DNA from: Candidatus Iainarchaeum sp. | GTDB lineage: Archaea > Iainarchaeota > Iainarchaeia > Iainarchaeales > JAZDDZ01 | Assembly (NCBI GenBank): GCA_043809245.1 | Contig: JAZDDZ010000054.1 | Location: forward strand, 51,988 to 115,987 | Reading direction: 5' to 3' | DNA: 64,000 nucleotides | In this document: positions 46,208-56,475 of the stretch, piece after piece | Layout: every line of letters starts with the position of its first letter | How positions within the stretch are numbered: the first letter of the stretch is position 1 | Position numbers and translations under genes: made by a program | Notes under the pieces: generated by a model | The model's database searches: none | What the model was told of the DNA's origin: nothing | What the model saw: the letters and a program-made list of their open reading frames with translations, nothing else

Positions 46208-48091
46208 ATGGCAAAGACAATAGGCGTGGATCTCGGCACATCTAATAGCGCTGCCGCAATTTTAGAGGGCGGAAAGCCCAAAATAATTCCAAGCGCGGAA
46301 GGCGCTTCACTTTACGGAAAGGCATTTCCAAGCGTGGTTGCTTTCACGAAAGACGGGCAGTTATTGGTTGGGGAGCCCGCGAAAAGGCAGGCAGTTACAA
46401 ACCCTGAGGGGACAATCACTGCAGCGAAAAGAAAAATGGGAACAAATTTCAAGTACGCGATTGGCGGAAAAGAGTACACGCCACAGCAAATCAGCGCGTT
46501 TATTTTGCAGAAAATAAAAAGGGACGCGGAAGAATTTTTAGGGGAAAAAGTGGAGAAAGCGGTTATCACTGTTCCCGCTTATTTTGATGACAACCAAAGG
46601 CAGGCAACAAAAGACGCTGGGCAGATTGCGGGCCTTGAAGTCATAAGGCTTGTCAACGAGCCGACAGCCGCATCGCTTGCATACGGCTTGGACAAGAAAG
46701 GAAAAGACCACAAAATCTTGGTTTTTGACTTCGGCGGCGGAACATTGGATGTAACCATAATGGAGTTCGGCGGAGGGGTCTTTGAGGTTAAAAGCACGAG
46801 TGGAGACACGCAGTTGGGCGGAACAGACATGGACAAATTGCTTTCCGATTACATTGTTGCGGAATTCAAAAAAGAACAGTCAGTTGATTTAACCAAGGAC
46901 AGGATGGCAATGCAGAGGCTTGCGGAGGCAGCGGAGAAGGCAAAAATAGAGTTAAGCACTGTGATGGAGACAGACATCAATCTGCCTTATGTTACCGCGG
47001 ATTCAAACGGCCCAAAGCACCTTGCAATGAAAATAACGCGCTCAAAACTGGAGCAGCTGGTTGAGCCAATCATTAAAAAATGCGAGAAGCCGATAGCGCA
47101 GTCGCTTGCAGACGCAAAGCTCACCGCCGGAGAGATTGACAAAATCATTTTAGTCGGAGGCCCAACTAGAATGCCTGTCGTGCAAAAATTTGTGGAAAAA
47201 GTCGTTGGAACAAAAGTTGAGAGAGGCGTTGACCCAATGGAGTGCGTTGCAGTGGGCGCGGCAATACAGGCAGGCGTGCTTAGCGGCGAGGTAAAGGATG
47301 TTTTGCTGCTTGATGTTACGCCGCTCAGCCTTGGAATTGAAACCCTTGGCGGAGTGCTGACAAAACTGATTGAAAGGAACACGACTATTCCCACAAAAAA
47401 ATCGCAGATTTTTACAACCGCGGCTGACAGCCAGACAGCTGTTGACATTCACATTCTGCAGGGAGAAAGGCCAATGGCAAACGACAACAGGGAACTGGGA
47501 AGGTTTCAGTTGGTTGGAATTCCTCCCGCGCCGCGCGGTGTTCCGCAGGTTGAGGTTTCGTTTGACATTGACGCGAACGGAATAGTGAATGTGACAGCGC
47601 TTGACAAGGCAACGAATAAAAGCCAGAGCATCAAAATAGTTGCCTCACAGAAATTAAGCGACACGGAAATAGAGAGCATGAGAAAGGCAGCGGAAGCGCA
47701 CGCGGAAGAGGACAAGAAGAAAAAAGACGAAATTGAGGCAATCAACCAGGCTGATGCGGTTACTTACAGCACTGATAAAATGCTCGAGGAATTCAAGGGA
47801 AAAGTTGAACAGGGAAAACTTGACAGCGTGAAAAAAGCCAACGATGAATTGAAGGAATTGCTTGGAAAAGAGCCAAAGGACGCGGGCAGCATAAAGGCAA
47901 AAATGGATGAACTGAACAAGTTGCTGCAGGCAATCGGCTCGGAAATGTATGGAAAAGCACAGCAAGGGCAACAGCAGCAAGGCGAAAGCAACAGCGGCGC
48001 AGGCAGTGGCAGCGAAGAGCACAAGGGAAAGCACGGGAAAGGAAAAGTCGTTGACGCTGACTTCAAAGTGGAAGACGAGGGCAAGAAATAA
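46208..48091 (+). CDS. dnaK: Chaperone DnaK
   Basis: GVDLGTSNS; TVPAYF; DFGGGTLD; LVGGPTR. Confidence 0.98.
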   Translation: MAKTIGVDLGTSNSAAAILEGGKPKIIPSAEGASLYGKAFPSVVAFTKDGQLLVGEPAKRQAVTNPEGTITAAKRKMGTNFKYAIGGKEYTPQQISAFILQKIKRDAEEFLGEKVEKAVITVPAYFDDNQRQATKDAGQIAGLEVIRLVNEPTAASLAYGLDKKGKDHKILVFDFGGGTLDVTIMEFGGGVFEVKSTSGDTQLGGTDMDKLLSDYIVAEFKKEQSVDLTKDRMAMQRLAEAAEKAKIELSTVMETDINLPYVTADSNGPKHLAMKITRSKLEQLVEPIIKKCEKPIAQSLADAKLTAGEIDKIILVGGPTRMPVVQKFVEKVVGTKVERGVDPMECVAVGAAIQAGVLSGEVKDVLLLDVTPLSLGIETLGGVLTKLIERNTTIPTKKSQIFTTAADSQTAVDIHILQGERPMANDNRELGRFQLVGIPPAPRGVPQVEVSFDIDANGIVNVTALDKATNKSQSIKIVASQKLSDTEIESMRKAAEAHAEEDKKKKDEIEAINQADAVTYSTDKMLEEFKGKVEQGKLDSVKKANDELKELLGKEPKDAGSIKAKMDELNKLLQAIGSEMYGKAQQGQQQQGESNSGAGSGSEEHKGKHGKGKVVDADFKVEDEGKK

Positions 48092-48127
48092 AAGCAAAAA
48101 CCAAGCATTTAAATACATTTTCGTATC

Positions 48128-48153
48128 AAATAGTTATTAGTTGATAACTATTT
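48128..48153. promoter_or_regulatory. Inverted-repeat operator of module inserted between dnaK and dnaJ
   Basis: AAATAGTTAT-N6-ATAACTATTT just downstream of TTTAAATA. Confidence 0.6.
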
Positions 48154-48163
48154 TAGTGGTTTT

Positions 48164-48442
48164 ATGCAAGAACAGGTTCAGCTGAGGAGATTGGAACATT
48201 CGCCTACACTTAATACGGTAATCATGGTGGAAGACACTTTGAAGGCAATGAATGAAAGCATTATCAGTGTCGCTAATCTTAAGAGAAAGCTGCCAAGGCA
48301 GGTAAACCACAACACCCTAAGGACAATTCTTGAATACCTTTTGGAAAGCAATAAAATTGCGGTTAGCCTTAAGGGAATAACCTGGATTCACAACCCTAAC
48401 CCTAATTTGAGAAAGGCAATTGCAACGGGTCTTGAATTATGA
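48164..48442 (+). CDS. wHTH putative antitoxin
   Basis: PTLNTVIMVE..ILEYL.ESNKI; ATGA-coupled to next gene. Confidence 0.65.
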   Translation: MQEQVQLRRLEHSPTLNTVIMVEDTLKAMNESIISVANLKRKLPRQVNHNTLRTILEYLLESNKIAVSLKGITWIHNPNPNLRKAIATGLEL

Positions 48443-48792
48443 AGAATGTTAGGGCGATTTTTTCCCCTGAAGCTGAAGAGGTTTTCAGATACCTGAACCG
48501 CGAAGCTGCAAATTCAAAAACTGAGAGAACAATCCTTAACGCAGTAAAAAGCAAAATAGGCCTGATTAAAGCAAACATCCATTACGGCGACCCAATCGGC
48601 AAGGACTTAATCCCAAAGGAATACAAAGAAAAATACGGCATAAACAACCTATTTAGGGTTGAGCTGCCGAATTATTGGAGGATGCTCTATTCACTCACAA
48701 ATGATGAAAACAAAATTGAAATAATTGCTTTCATTCTTGACTTGATTAACCACGACCAATACAACAAAAAATTCGGCTACAAAAAGAAATGA
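48439..48792 (+). CDS. RelE/HigB-like toxin
   Basis: NLFRVEL..WRMLYSL..H..Y. Confidence 0.7.
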   Translation: MKNVRAIFSPEAEEVFRYLNREAANSKTERTILNAVKSKIGLIKANIHYGDPIGKDLIPKEYKEKYGINNLFRVELPNYWRMLYSLTNDENKIEIIAFILDLINHDQYNKKFGYKKK

Positions 48793-48836
48793 GTTTTTAA
48801 CAACAATTAAAAAAACAATTCAGCAGGTTTTATCTT

Positions 48837-49961
48837 ATGCCAAAACACGACTACTATGAAATCCTTGGCTTGGCGAAAGGCGCTTCCCCCGAAGAAGTAA
48901 AGCGCGCCTACAAGGATTTGGCGAAAAAGTTTCATCCTGACGTGAACAGGGAAGCTGGCGCTGAAGACAAATTCAAGGAAGTTCTTGAGGCTTACACTGT
49001 TTTAAGCGACCCGCAAAAACGCCAGCAGTACGACCAATTTGGCTTTGAAGGCCAGCACTTCGGCGGAGCAGGGGGCTTTGATTTCTCTGATTTGTTTCGC
49101 GGAGGCGGAATGCCTTTCGAGGACTTATTCGAAGGAATGGGTTTCGGCGGAACAATTTTTGAAAACCTTTTCGGCGGGGAAAGGCAGAGGCGCGGGCCTG
49201 TGCGCGGAAGCGACTTAAGGTATGACTTGGAGCTTAACTTTGAAGAAGCTGTTTTCGGAACGGAAAAAGAAATTGATGTTCCGCACATTGGAGTTTGCGA
49301 TGAATGCAATGGTTCTGGTGCTGCTGAGAAGGCAAGCATTGTAACCTGCCTGCAATGCGGTGGAAGGGGAGTTGTCGAGAGGGCACAGCGCACGCCATTC
49401 GGTGTTTTCTCCACGCGAACGACTTGCGGAAAATGCAGGGGAAGCGGAAAAGTAATAAAGAACCCGTGCAAAAAATGCGCTGGCAACGGAAGAGTGCGCG
49501 CGAGAAAAAAAATCAATGTCAAAATTCCGGCAGGAATTGACTCGGGATTCAATTTAAGGTTAAAGGGAATAGGCAATGCTGACGGTGAAAGCGAAACTCC
49601 AGGCGACCTTTACGTTGTTGTTTTTGTTAAGCCGAGCACGCGGTTCAGAAGGGATGGTGCTGACTTGTTTGAAACTGTTTTTGTTGGCTTTGCTGACGCA
49701 GCGCTTGGCGCTGAAGCGGAAGTGCCGACGCTTAGGGGAAAGGCAAAGCTAAAGGTGCCCGCGGGAACGCAGACAAGCACTGTGTTCAGGATGAAAGGAT
49801 TGGGCGTGAAAGAATTCGGCGGCAGGACAGGGGATTTATTTGTCAAGGTAAAGGTTAAGGTGCCGGAGAAATTAAGCAGGAAAGAAAAAGAACTGATTGA
49901 AAAGCTAAGGGAAGAAGACGCTGGAAAAAAAGGAAAAGCAGGGTTCTTTAATTTCGGTTGA
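48837..49961 (+). CDS. dnaJ: Chaperone DnaJ
   Basis: HPD J-domain, G/F region, four CxxCxGxG. Confidence 0.97.
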   Translation: MPKHDYYEILGLAKGASPEEVKRAYKDLAKKFHPDVNREAGAEDKFKEVLEAYTVLSDPQKRQQYDQFGFEGQHFGGAGGFDFSDLFRGGGMPFEDLFEGMGFGGTIFENLFGGERQRRGPVRGSDLRYDLELNFEEAVFGTEKEIDVPHIGVCDECNGSGAAEKASIVTCLQCGGRGVVERAQRTPFGVFSTRTTCGKCRGSGKVIKNPCKKCAGNGRVRARKKINVKIPAGIDSGFNLRLKGIGNADGESETPGDLYVVVFVKPSTRFRRDGADLFETVFVGFADAALGAEAEVPTLRGKAKLKVPAGTQTSTVFRMKGLGVKEFGGRTGDLFVKVKVKVPEKLSRKEKELIEKLREEDAGKKGKAGFFNFG

Positions 49962-50053
49962 CGGCAGCATAACGCTTTAAATCGGTTTTTAAAGCTAATT
50001 TCTGAAAAGTATTTAGTCGTTTAAAGGGTGTTTTTTTGGTTAAGGATATAGGC

Positions 50054-52510
50054 ATGAAGCTTGACACTTCAAAGCCACAGCATAGCTCTGAGGCCGTGAA
50101 GACCGAGAAGAAATGGCAGGAGCACTGGAACAAGGAAAAGGTTTATTCTTTTGACGCAAACTCGAAGGGGCCTGTTTATTCTTTGGATACGCCTCCGCCG
50201 ACTGTTTCTGGAAGAATGCATTTAGGTCACGCTTTCTCTTACACTCAGGCGGATTTCATTGCGCGCTACAAGCGAATGAAAGGATTCAATGTGTTTTATC
50301 CGTTCGGATTGGATGACAATGGCCTGGCAACCATTTTACTTGTGGAGAAAAGCCTTGGGATTCAGTCAAAGAATTTTTCACGCGAAGAATTCATTAAAAT
50401 CTGCTTAAAGGAAACGCAGAAAGCAGAACAGCTGCTATACGATGATTTTGGCTCTTTGGGATTAAGCGTTGACTGGGCTCTTGTGTACCGCACTATTGAC
50501 GACTGGTGCAGGAAAACCTCGCAGCGCTCTTTCATTGAATTGTTCAAAAAGGGAAGAGCCTATCAAAGGGAGGCGCCGACAATGTGGTGCCCGAAATGCG
50601 AGGTAAGCATAGCGCAGGCCGAATTGGAGGATTTGGAGGAGGACTCGGTTTTTGCTTTCATCAAATTTGACGTGGTCGGGGGCGGAGAGATAACGATTGC
50701 AACGACAAGGCCTGAGCTCATGCATGCATGCATTGCGATTCACGTGCACCCTGACGACAAAAGATACAAGAAGTTCATTGGAAAGGAAGCTAAAATCCCT
50801 TTCACGGAGCGAACTGTTAAAATTTACGCGAACAAGGACGTTGACAAGGAGTTTGGAACAGGCGCGGTTTACCACTGCACTTACGGTGATTTGGATGACG
50901 TTGAATGGATTCTGGAATACAATTTGCCTGCAATTGAAATACTTGGAAGGGACGGAAGATTCAATGAAAAGGCAGGCGCGCTCAAGGGAATGAAGGCAAA
51001 GGAAGCGAGAAAAAAAATAATTGAAGAGCTGAAGAATTCCGGAAATCTGGTGAAAGTGGAGCCAATCAAGCACACTGTTAACGCGCATGAGAGATGCAAG
51101 ACGCCAATAGAGATTTTAACCGTAAAGCAGTGGTTCATAAAATACCTTGACCTGAAAAAAGAATTGGTTGAACGCGCGAATGAAATTGGGTGGCACCCAA
51201 AGCACATGAAGGTGCGCTATGACAACTGGGTTAACGGACTGAAATGGGATTGGAGCATTTCAAGGCAAAGGCATTTCGGCGTCCCCTTTCCATTATGGTA
51301 CTGCAAAAAATGCGGTGAAGTAAAGGCCGCGGAGGACAAACAGCTGCCGGTTGACCCTATTGCTGCAAAGCCTTTAACCCAATGCCACTGCGGAAGCAGG
51401 GAGTTTGAAGCGGAAAGGGATGTAATGGACACATGGGCGACAAGCTCGCTTACGCCGCAGATTGTATCCAAGTGGAAGCAGGATGAAAAGTTTTTCGGAA
51501 GGCTTTTTCCAATGGGCCTGAGGCCGCAGGCGCACGACATCATAAACCTTTGGGCGTTTTACACGATTGCAAAAGGATTATTGCATGAAAACAAAATGCC
51601 GTGGAAAAACATAATGATTTCAGGGCACGCATTGGATCCAAAGGGAAGAAAAATGAGCAAATCATTGGGGAACGCAGTGGACCCGATTGCAACGATTGAA
51701 AAATACAGCGCGGACATTCTGCGCTATTGGAGCGGCGCTTCAACGCTTGGGGAAGATTTGCCTTTCCAGGAAAAAGAGCTTGTCGCGGGGCAGAAATTTA
51801 TCACAAAACTGAACAATGCCGCGAGGTTTGTTTCATTGCAGGCGAAGGGAATTGATTTGGAGAAAGTGAAGGAATCAGAGCTCAAATTCAGGGCGCCGGA
51901 CAAATGGGTGCTTTCGCGCCTGAATTCAGTTAAAAAAGAGGCAACGGAAGCGCTGGAAAAATACGAGTTCTCAAAGGCATTGAACCCCGTGAGGAATTTT
52001 TTCTGGCTGGAGTTCGCGGATTATTACCTTGAGGAAGTAAAGTGGCGCGTGTACGACGAGAAAAACGAGAGCTGCAAAGCAGCGAAGTTTGTTTTGGCGA
52101 AAGTTCTGCTTGACGTGCTCAAATTGCTTGCGCCGTTTTTGCCGCACATAACAGAAGAGATATATAATTCACCAATGAAGCAGTTCGCTTCCAAAAAAAG
52201 CATTCACTTGGAGCAATGGCCTGAAGCCGAGGAGAAATGGATTGACTCTGCTGCAGAGGAAAAAGGCGCAATGCTTAACGAAGTTGTTGCAGCGCTCAGG
52301 AAGTGGAAGACTGAGAAAGGGTTTGCGCTGAACAAGGAGTTAATGGAAGTGCAGTTGTTTGCGGAAAAAGGAAAGGAAAAGGCACTGGAAGAAATAGCGG
52401 AAGACGCAGCGAAAACAATGAACGTGAAAGAATTGAAGGTCAGCGCGGGAAAGGCGCCAAAGGAAGCGATTGATGTGGGAACTGGAGTTAAGGCGCTTGT
52501 TTCAGGCTGA
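50054..52510 (+). CDS. valS: Valine--tRNA ligase
   Basis: DTPPPTVSG.MHLGH; DWSISRQR; KMSKS. Confidence 0.96.
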   Translation: MKLDTSKPQHSSEAVKTEKKWQEHWNKEKVYSFDANSKGPVYSLDTPPPTVSGRMHLGHAFSYTQADFIARYKRMKGFNVFYPFGLDDNGLATILLVEKSLGIQSKNFSREEFIKICLKETQKAEQLLYDDFGSLGLSVDWALVYRTIDDWCRKTSQRSFIELFKKGRAYQREAPTMWCPKCEVSIAQAELEDLEEDSVFAFIKFDVVGGGEITIATTRPELMHACIAIHVHPDDKRYKKFIGKEAKIPFTERTVKIYANKDVDKEFGTGAVYHCTYGDLDDVEWILEYNLPAIEILGRDGRFNEKAGALKGMKAKEARKKIIEELKNSGNLVKVEPIKHTVNAHERCKTPIEILTVKQWFIKYLDLKKELVERANEIGWHPKHMKVRYDNWVNGLKWDWSISRQRHFGVPFPLWYCKKCGEVKAAEDKQLPVDPIAAKPLTQCHCGSREFEAERDVMDTWATSSLTPQIVSKWKQDEKFFGRLFPMGLRPQAHDIINLWAFYTIAKGLLHENKMPWKNIMISGHALDPKGRKMSKSLGNAVDPIATIEKYSADILRYWSGASTLGEDLPFQEKELVAGQKFITKLNNAARFVSLQAKGIDLEKVKESELKFRAPDKWVLSRLNSVKKEATEALEKYEFSKALNPVRNFFWLEFADYYLEEVKWRVYDEKNESCKAAKFVLAKVLLDVLKLLAPFLPHITEEIYNSPMKQFASKKSIHLEQWPEAEEKWIDSAAEEKGAMLNEVVAALRKWKTEKGFALNKELMEVQLFAEKGKEKALEEIAEDAAKTMNVKELKVSAGKAPKEAIDVGTGVKALVSG

Positions 52511-52571
52511 TTGGTTTGCGTGAAAAAACAGGTTTAAATACTTCCAATGCGTTAATTTTTAGTTGGTTGAG

Positions 52572-53132
52572 ATGGAAAAAGGCGTACTTGCATTGGCTGT
52601 ACTGGTTTTTGCAGCAGTTTTGCTGGCTGGCTGCCTTTCAGGAAACTTTTCAAAGGAAGCGGATAAACTGAATCTCATTGACGCAAAGTACGGGGTTGAC
52701 GCTGAAAACATGACTCCCGCTTCAATTGTGCAACTGGATGCATTTGAGGGGGAGCTGATTGAATTGAAGGCAAAAGAGGAAGGCAACTGGCTTTCGGCTG
52801 ACGCAAAAGCCCTGGCCGAGCTGATAAGCATAAGGCTTGAACTCACCGCAATGCAGAGAAAATTTTTGGAAGCACAAAAAATTACCTCAAAAATCAGCGT
52901 GCGCTCGCCTGACTGCACTGAAGGGGGCCTGGTTGAACGGGCAAAGAATGCATTGGATTCCGCTGCCTCAAGCGCAAGCCTTGCCCTTGAGAAAAAAAAT
53001 ATTTTCGCTCAAAACCATTCGGGCATTGCCGCAGAGGCACTGGCAAAATTCGAGGGGCTGGATGAATTGGCGCAGGGAATCAATGAAAGCGTTTCAGACA
53101 CCGAGGCACAGCTTGACGGCTTATGCGGATAA
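52572..53132 (+). CDS. Hypothetical lipoprotein
   Basis: Signal with LAGC lipobox; helical body. Confidence 0.7.
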   Translation: MEKGVLALAVLVFAAVLLAGCLSGNFSKEADKLNLIDAKYGVDAENMTPASIVQLDAFEGELIELKAKEEGNWLSADAKALAELISIRLELTAMQRKFLEAQKITSKISVRSPDCTEGGLVERAKNALDSAASSASLALEKKNIFAQNHSGIAAEALAKFEGLDELAQGINESVSDTEAQLDGLCG

Positions 53133-53152
53133 ATTGCGGGAAAGGCGTTTTC

Positions 53153-53755
53153 TTGAAGCTGTTGAAAAAAGGCGCGGAAGCAGAGCTGTACTTAACCGAG
53201 TTCCTTGAACGAAAGGCATTGCTGAAAAAAAGGGCGCCGAAAAAATACCGCAACCAATTGCTGGATGAAAAAATTCGGCGTGAAAGAACCGCCATTGAAT
53301 GCTCGCTGCTGCACAAGGCAAAGGAAGCGGGGGTGAGGACCCCGGTTATTTACTCCGTTGACCGAAAGGAATGCGCAATCACAATGGAGTTCATTGAAGG
53401 AAAGCAGGTGAAAAAAATTCTGAATGAAAAGAACCTGCGGATTTGCAGGGAAATCGGCGAAAACATTGCGCGGATGCATTCAGCGGGAATAATCCACGGG
53501 GATTTGACCACAAGCAACATCCTTCTGCACGGGAAGGCGCTGGTGTTTGTTGACTTTGGCCTGGCATTCAATTCAGGGAAAACAGAGGACAAGGCAATGG
53601 ATTTGCTTGTATTCCGGAAGACCTTTGAGGCAACGCATTTTAATCTCGCGAAAGGATGGGGGAAAGTTGTGGAAGGCTATTTGGCGGAAGAGTCCGGGGG
53701 AAGGGACGCAGTGAAGCGCATTGCGGAAATAGAGGCAAGGGCAAGGTATCACTGA
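53153..53755 (+). CDS. bud32: KEOPS kinase Bud32
   Basis: GAEA; K.YR..LD; IHGDLTTSN; DFGL; EDKAMD. Confidence 0.94.
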   Translation: MKLLKKGAEAELYLTEFLERKALLKKRAPKKYRNQLLDEKIRRERTAIECSLLHKAKEAGVRTPVIYSVDRKECAITMEFIEGKQVKKILNEKNLRICREIGENIARMHSAGIIHGDLTTSNILLHGKALVFVDFGLAFNSGKTEDKAMDLLVFRKTFEATHFNLAKGWGKVVEGYLAEESGGRDAVKRIAEIEARARYH

Positions 53756-53914
53756 GGAAAAATTTGCATTTAACGGGGTTTTTTAAACCTTTCCGGGGAA
53801 AGAATAGGTAATAATTTTCGGGCGTTAAGGCCTGTTTTGGCTCTTTCATTTCGCTAGAGTGGAAGGGCAAAAGAGTGTTTTTTGGTTTTTTTAAGTTTGA
53901 AGAAAGTGGTTTTT

Positions 53915-54388
53915 TTGGCGAAAAAAGAAGAGGCAAAGGATTCAGCGGCAAAGAAAAAGCATGGCCATCCGGCCGAAAAAAAGGCAGCGAAAAAGGCGAT
54001 TGACTGGGTTGAATTCAAGCCAAAGGAAATAGAAGAGCTTGTCGTGAACCTTGCAAACCAGGGGCACAATTCAAGCGAAATTGGAATGATTTTAAGGGAC
54101 CAGTACGGCGTGCCAAATGTTAAGGACTTGACTGGAAAAAAAATAGAGGCAATTTTAGCTGAAAACAATTTGCTTGCGGATATCCCGAGGGAACTGTTGA
54201 ATTTAATCAGGCAGTCCGTAAACCTTTGGAACCACCTGAACAAGAACAAAAAGGATTTTTCCGCGAAACGAGGCTACCAGCTGACTGTAAGCAAAATCAG
54301 GCGCCTGGCGGCATACTACCAGGAAAGGGGAAAGCTTGACGCAAAATGGAGATACACCCCTGAACAGGCAGCGCTAATGGTGAAGTAG
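53915..54388 (+). CDS. rpsO: 30S ribosomal protein uS15
   Basis: IGMILRDQYGVP; SKIRRL..YY; WRY. Confidence 0.96.
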   Translation: MAKKEEAKDSAAKKKHGHPAEKKAAKKAIDWVEFKPKEIEELVVNLANQGHNSSEIGMILRDQYGVPNVKDLTGKKIEAILAENNLLADIPRELLNLIRQSVNLWNHLNKNKKDFSAKRGYQLTVSKIRRLAAYYQERGKLDAKWRYTPEQAALMVK

Positions 54389-54404
54389 TGAAAGGTGAAT
54401 CGTT

Positions 54405-54518
54405 TTGAAAGTTGAATGGAGAATGAACTTGGATGGAAAGGGGTATTCGGGTAAAACCGATGGGGAGTTAAAGGAGTTTTTGGGAGAACTTAACGCAATC
54501 ATTGACGGAAAGAAGTGA
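54405..54518 (+). CDS. Unannotated 37-aa ORF between rps15 and rps3ae
   Basis: GGTGA SD + TTG; fills the intergenic gap; MKVEWRMNLDGKGYSGKTDGELKEFLGELNAIIDGKK. Confidence 0.45.
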   Translation: MKVEWRMNLDGKGYSGKTDGELKEFLGELNAIIDGKK

Positions 54519-54523
54519 AGATT

Positions 54524-55147
54524 ATGCCTGCAATTGAAACAGTTGAGAAGGAAAAGGAAAAGCAGAGGAAGCCATCGCAGCGAAGGACCGTTGACAAATG
54601 GAAGAAAAAATTGTGGTTCACAATTTTCGCGCCAGAGGAATTCGAAAGGATAGAGCTTGCTGAAACTGTTGCGGAAAAGCCCGAGAATGTAATGGGAAGG
54701 ACAATCAGGCTAAGCGTTAGGGAGATCGCGAACCAGGCAAAGAAATCGCATATCTCAGTGATATTCAAGGTAGCGGAAGTTACTGGAAACAAGGCATCAA
54801 CTGAAGCCATAGGCCATGAAATAAAGGAAGGCTACATGCGAAGGCTGATTAGGAGAAGGGGAAGCAAAATAGAGGCAACCCAGACAGTTACATTAAAAGA
54901 CGGGAAAAGGGCAAAGGTGAAAACTGTTGTATTGGCTGCAAGAAAGGCAACAGGCCCGCAGGAAACCGCCGTGAGGAAGATGCTGGAGGAAGAGGTTGCA
55001 GGGCACTGCGCGAAAATAGAGTCAAAGAAAATAGTTGAAGAACTGGTCTTTGGAAACCTTCCCCTGAAAATATTCAATTCAATAAAGAAAATTGTGCCGA
55101 TTAAAAGGGTTGAAATAGTCAGATCATCAATTGAAAAGAGCAAATGA
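54524..55147 (+). CDS. rps3ae: 30S ribosomal protein eS1 (S3Ae)
   Basis: DKWKKKLWFTIFAP; GRTI; RRLIRR..SKI; KIVPIKRVEI. Confidence 0.94.
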   Translation: MPAIETVEKEKEKQRKPSQRRTVDKWKKKLWFTIFAPEEFERIELAETVAEKPENVMGRTIRLSVREIANQAKKSHISVIFKVAEVTGNKASTEAIGHEIKEGYMRRLIRRRGSKIEATQTVTLKDGKRAKVKTVVLAARKATGPQETAVRKMLEEEVAGHCAKIESKKIVEELVFGNLPLKIFNSIKKIVPIKRVEIVRSSIEKSK

Positions 55148-55827
55148 CAATGGCATATGCATTGGAAATAGCAGTACTGGTTTTAACGCTTGCATTTTTT
55201 TCAATCGCAGCATACAAAAAAAAAGCCCTTGACTTCAAAGGAGTCATAGCAGGCAATGTTGTTGGCATAATTGTTTTCTTCCAGGGCGGCATAGCGGATT
55301 TCCTTGTCCTGGTGGCGTTATTTTCAATGGCGGTTATTGCAACCGAGTTCTCAAGAAGAAAAGTAAGCGTAAAGCACGAGAAAAGGACAACAAGCAATAT
55401 TTTGGGGAATTCCGGCGCGGCGCTGATAGCTGTTTTCTTCCTGAACCCGATTGCCTTTTTTGGCGCGGCTTCAACAGCTTTGGCTGACACGCTTTCATCG
55501 GAAATAGGCCTGCTTTCAAAAACAAAGCCAAAGCTAATTACCTCTTTCAGGGAAGTCGAGCACGGCACAAACGGGGGAGTAACAGTTTTGGGAACCCAGG
55601 CCTCGCTGGTTGGCGCAGCAGTAATTGCAGTGCTTTTCCTTTTTTTCCAGGGCAGCGCAACAGGCGCACTAATTGTTTTCGCTGCGGGAATGATCGGCTC
55701 CTTTGCAGACAGTGTTCTGGGGGCGACAATCGAGGAAAAAGGCATTCTATCCAATGCAGGAGTGAATTTTTTTGCCTGCCTTTTAGGCGCGCTTATTGCC
55801 TTCTCGCTTAACTCAGTTTTACTCTAG
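55144..55827 (+). CDS. DUF92 / TMEM19 membrane protein
   Basis: ADTLSSEIG; P.LIT..GTNGGVT; DSVLGA..E; N..VN. Confidence 0.9.
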   Translation: MTMAYALEIAVLVLTLAFFSIAAYKKKALDFKGVIAGNVVGIIVFFQGGIADFLVLVALFSMAVIATEFSRRKVSVKHEKRTTSNILGNSGAALIAVFFLNPIAFFGAASTALADTLSSEIGLLSKTKPKLITSFREVEHGTNGGVTVLGTQASLVGAAVIAVLFLFFQGSATGALIVFAAGMIGSFADSVLGATIEEKGILSNAGVNFFACLLGALIAFSLNSVLL

Positions 55828-55891
55828 GCGCATATAATAAATCTTTTTCTCCAAAGAATTAGAAAGAGCGCTATATTTTGGGGAATTGGAA

Positions 55892-56407
55892 ATGGCTTTG
55901 GAGTTCTGGGCTGGAATCGCATTATACATTGCGCCAATGTACATTGCTAATTCAAGCGCAATGATTTTTGGCGGCAGGACACCACTTGACTTGAACAGGA
56001 AATGGGTTGACGGAAAGCCCATTTTTGGCTCGGGAAAAACATTCAAGGGAACAGCAATCGGAGTGATAAGCGGGACAATAGTCGCATTCCTCATTAACGC
56101 GGCAATTCCCGAAATAACCTCACTCTTAACGCCAGAATATGTTGTACTTGGATTCCTTTTGTCTTTTGGCGCGGTTGCAGGGGACATAGTTGCAAGCTTT
56201 TTCAAGCGCAGAAACAACATCAAACAGGGAACACCAGTGCTTTTTTTGGACCAACTGGACTTTGTTTTCGGCGCCGCGGTTTTTGCCGGAGTGATTTACC
56301 TTCCCTCGCTTTACGAGTTTCTAATAATAGGCATTGCGACAATGGTCGTGCACAGGGTTAGCAATTTCGTCGCGTTCAAGCTTAGGATAAAAAAAGTGCC
56401 CTGGTGA
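55892..56407 (+). CDS. carS: CDP-archaeol synthase
   Basis: P.YIAN; PLD; GKTFKG; GD..SFFKRR; LDQLDF. Confidence 0.9.
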   Translation: MALEFWAGIALYIAPMYIANSSAMIFGGRTPLDLNRKWVDGKPIFGSGKTFKGTAIGVISGTIVAFLINAAIPEITSLLTPEYVVLGFLLSFGAVAGDIVASFFKRRNNIKQGTPVLFLDQLDFVFGAAVFAGVIYLPSLYEFLIIGIATMVVHRVSNFVAFKLRIKKVPW

Positions 56408-56475
56408 CAAGGTTTGGCGAATGAAAAATGGCGTATTATTGGTTTGCCTAACCTTGGCAGGGGATAGGTGAATAA

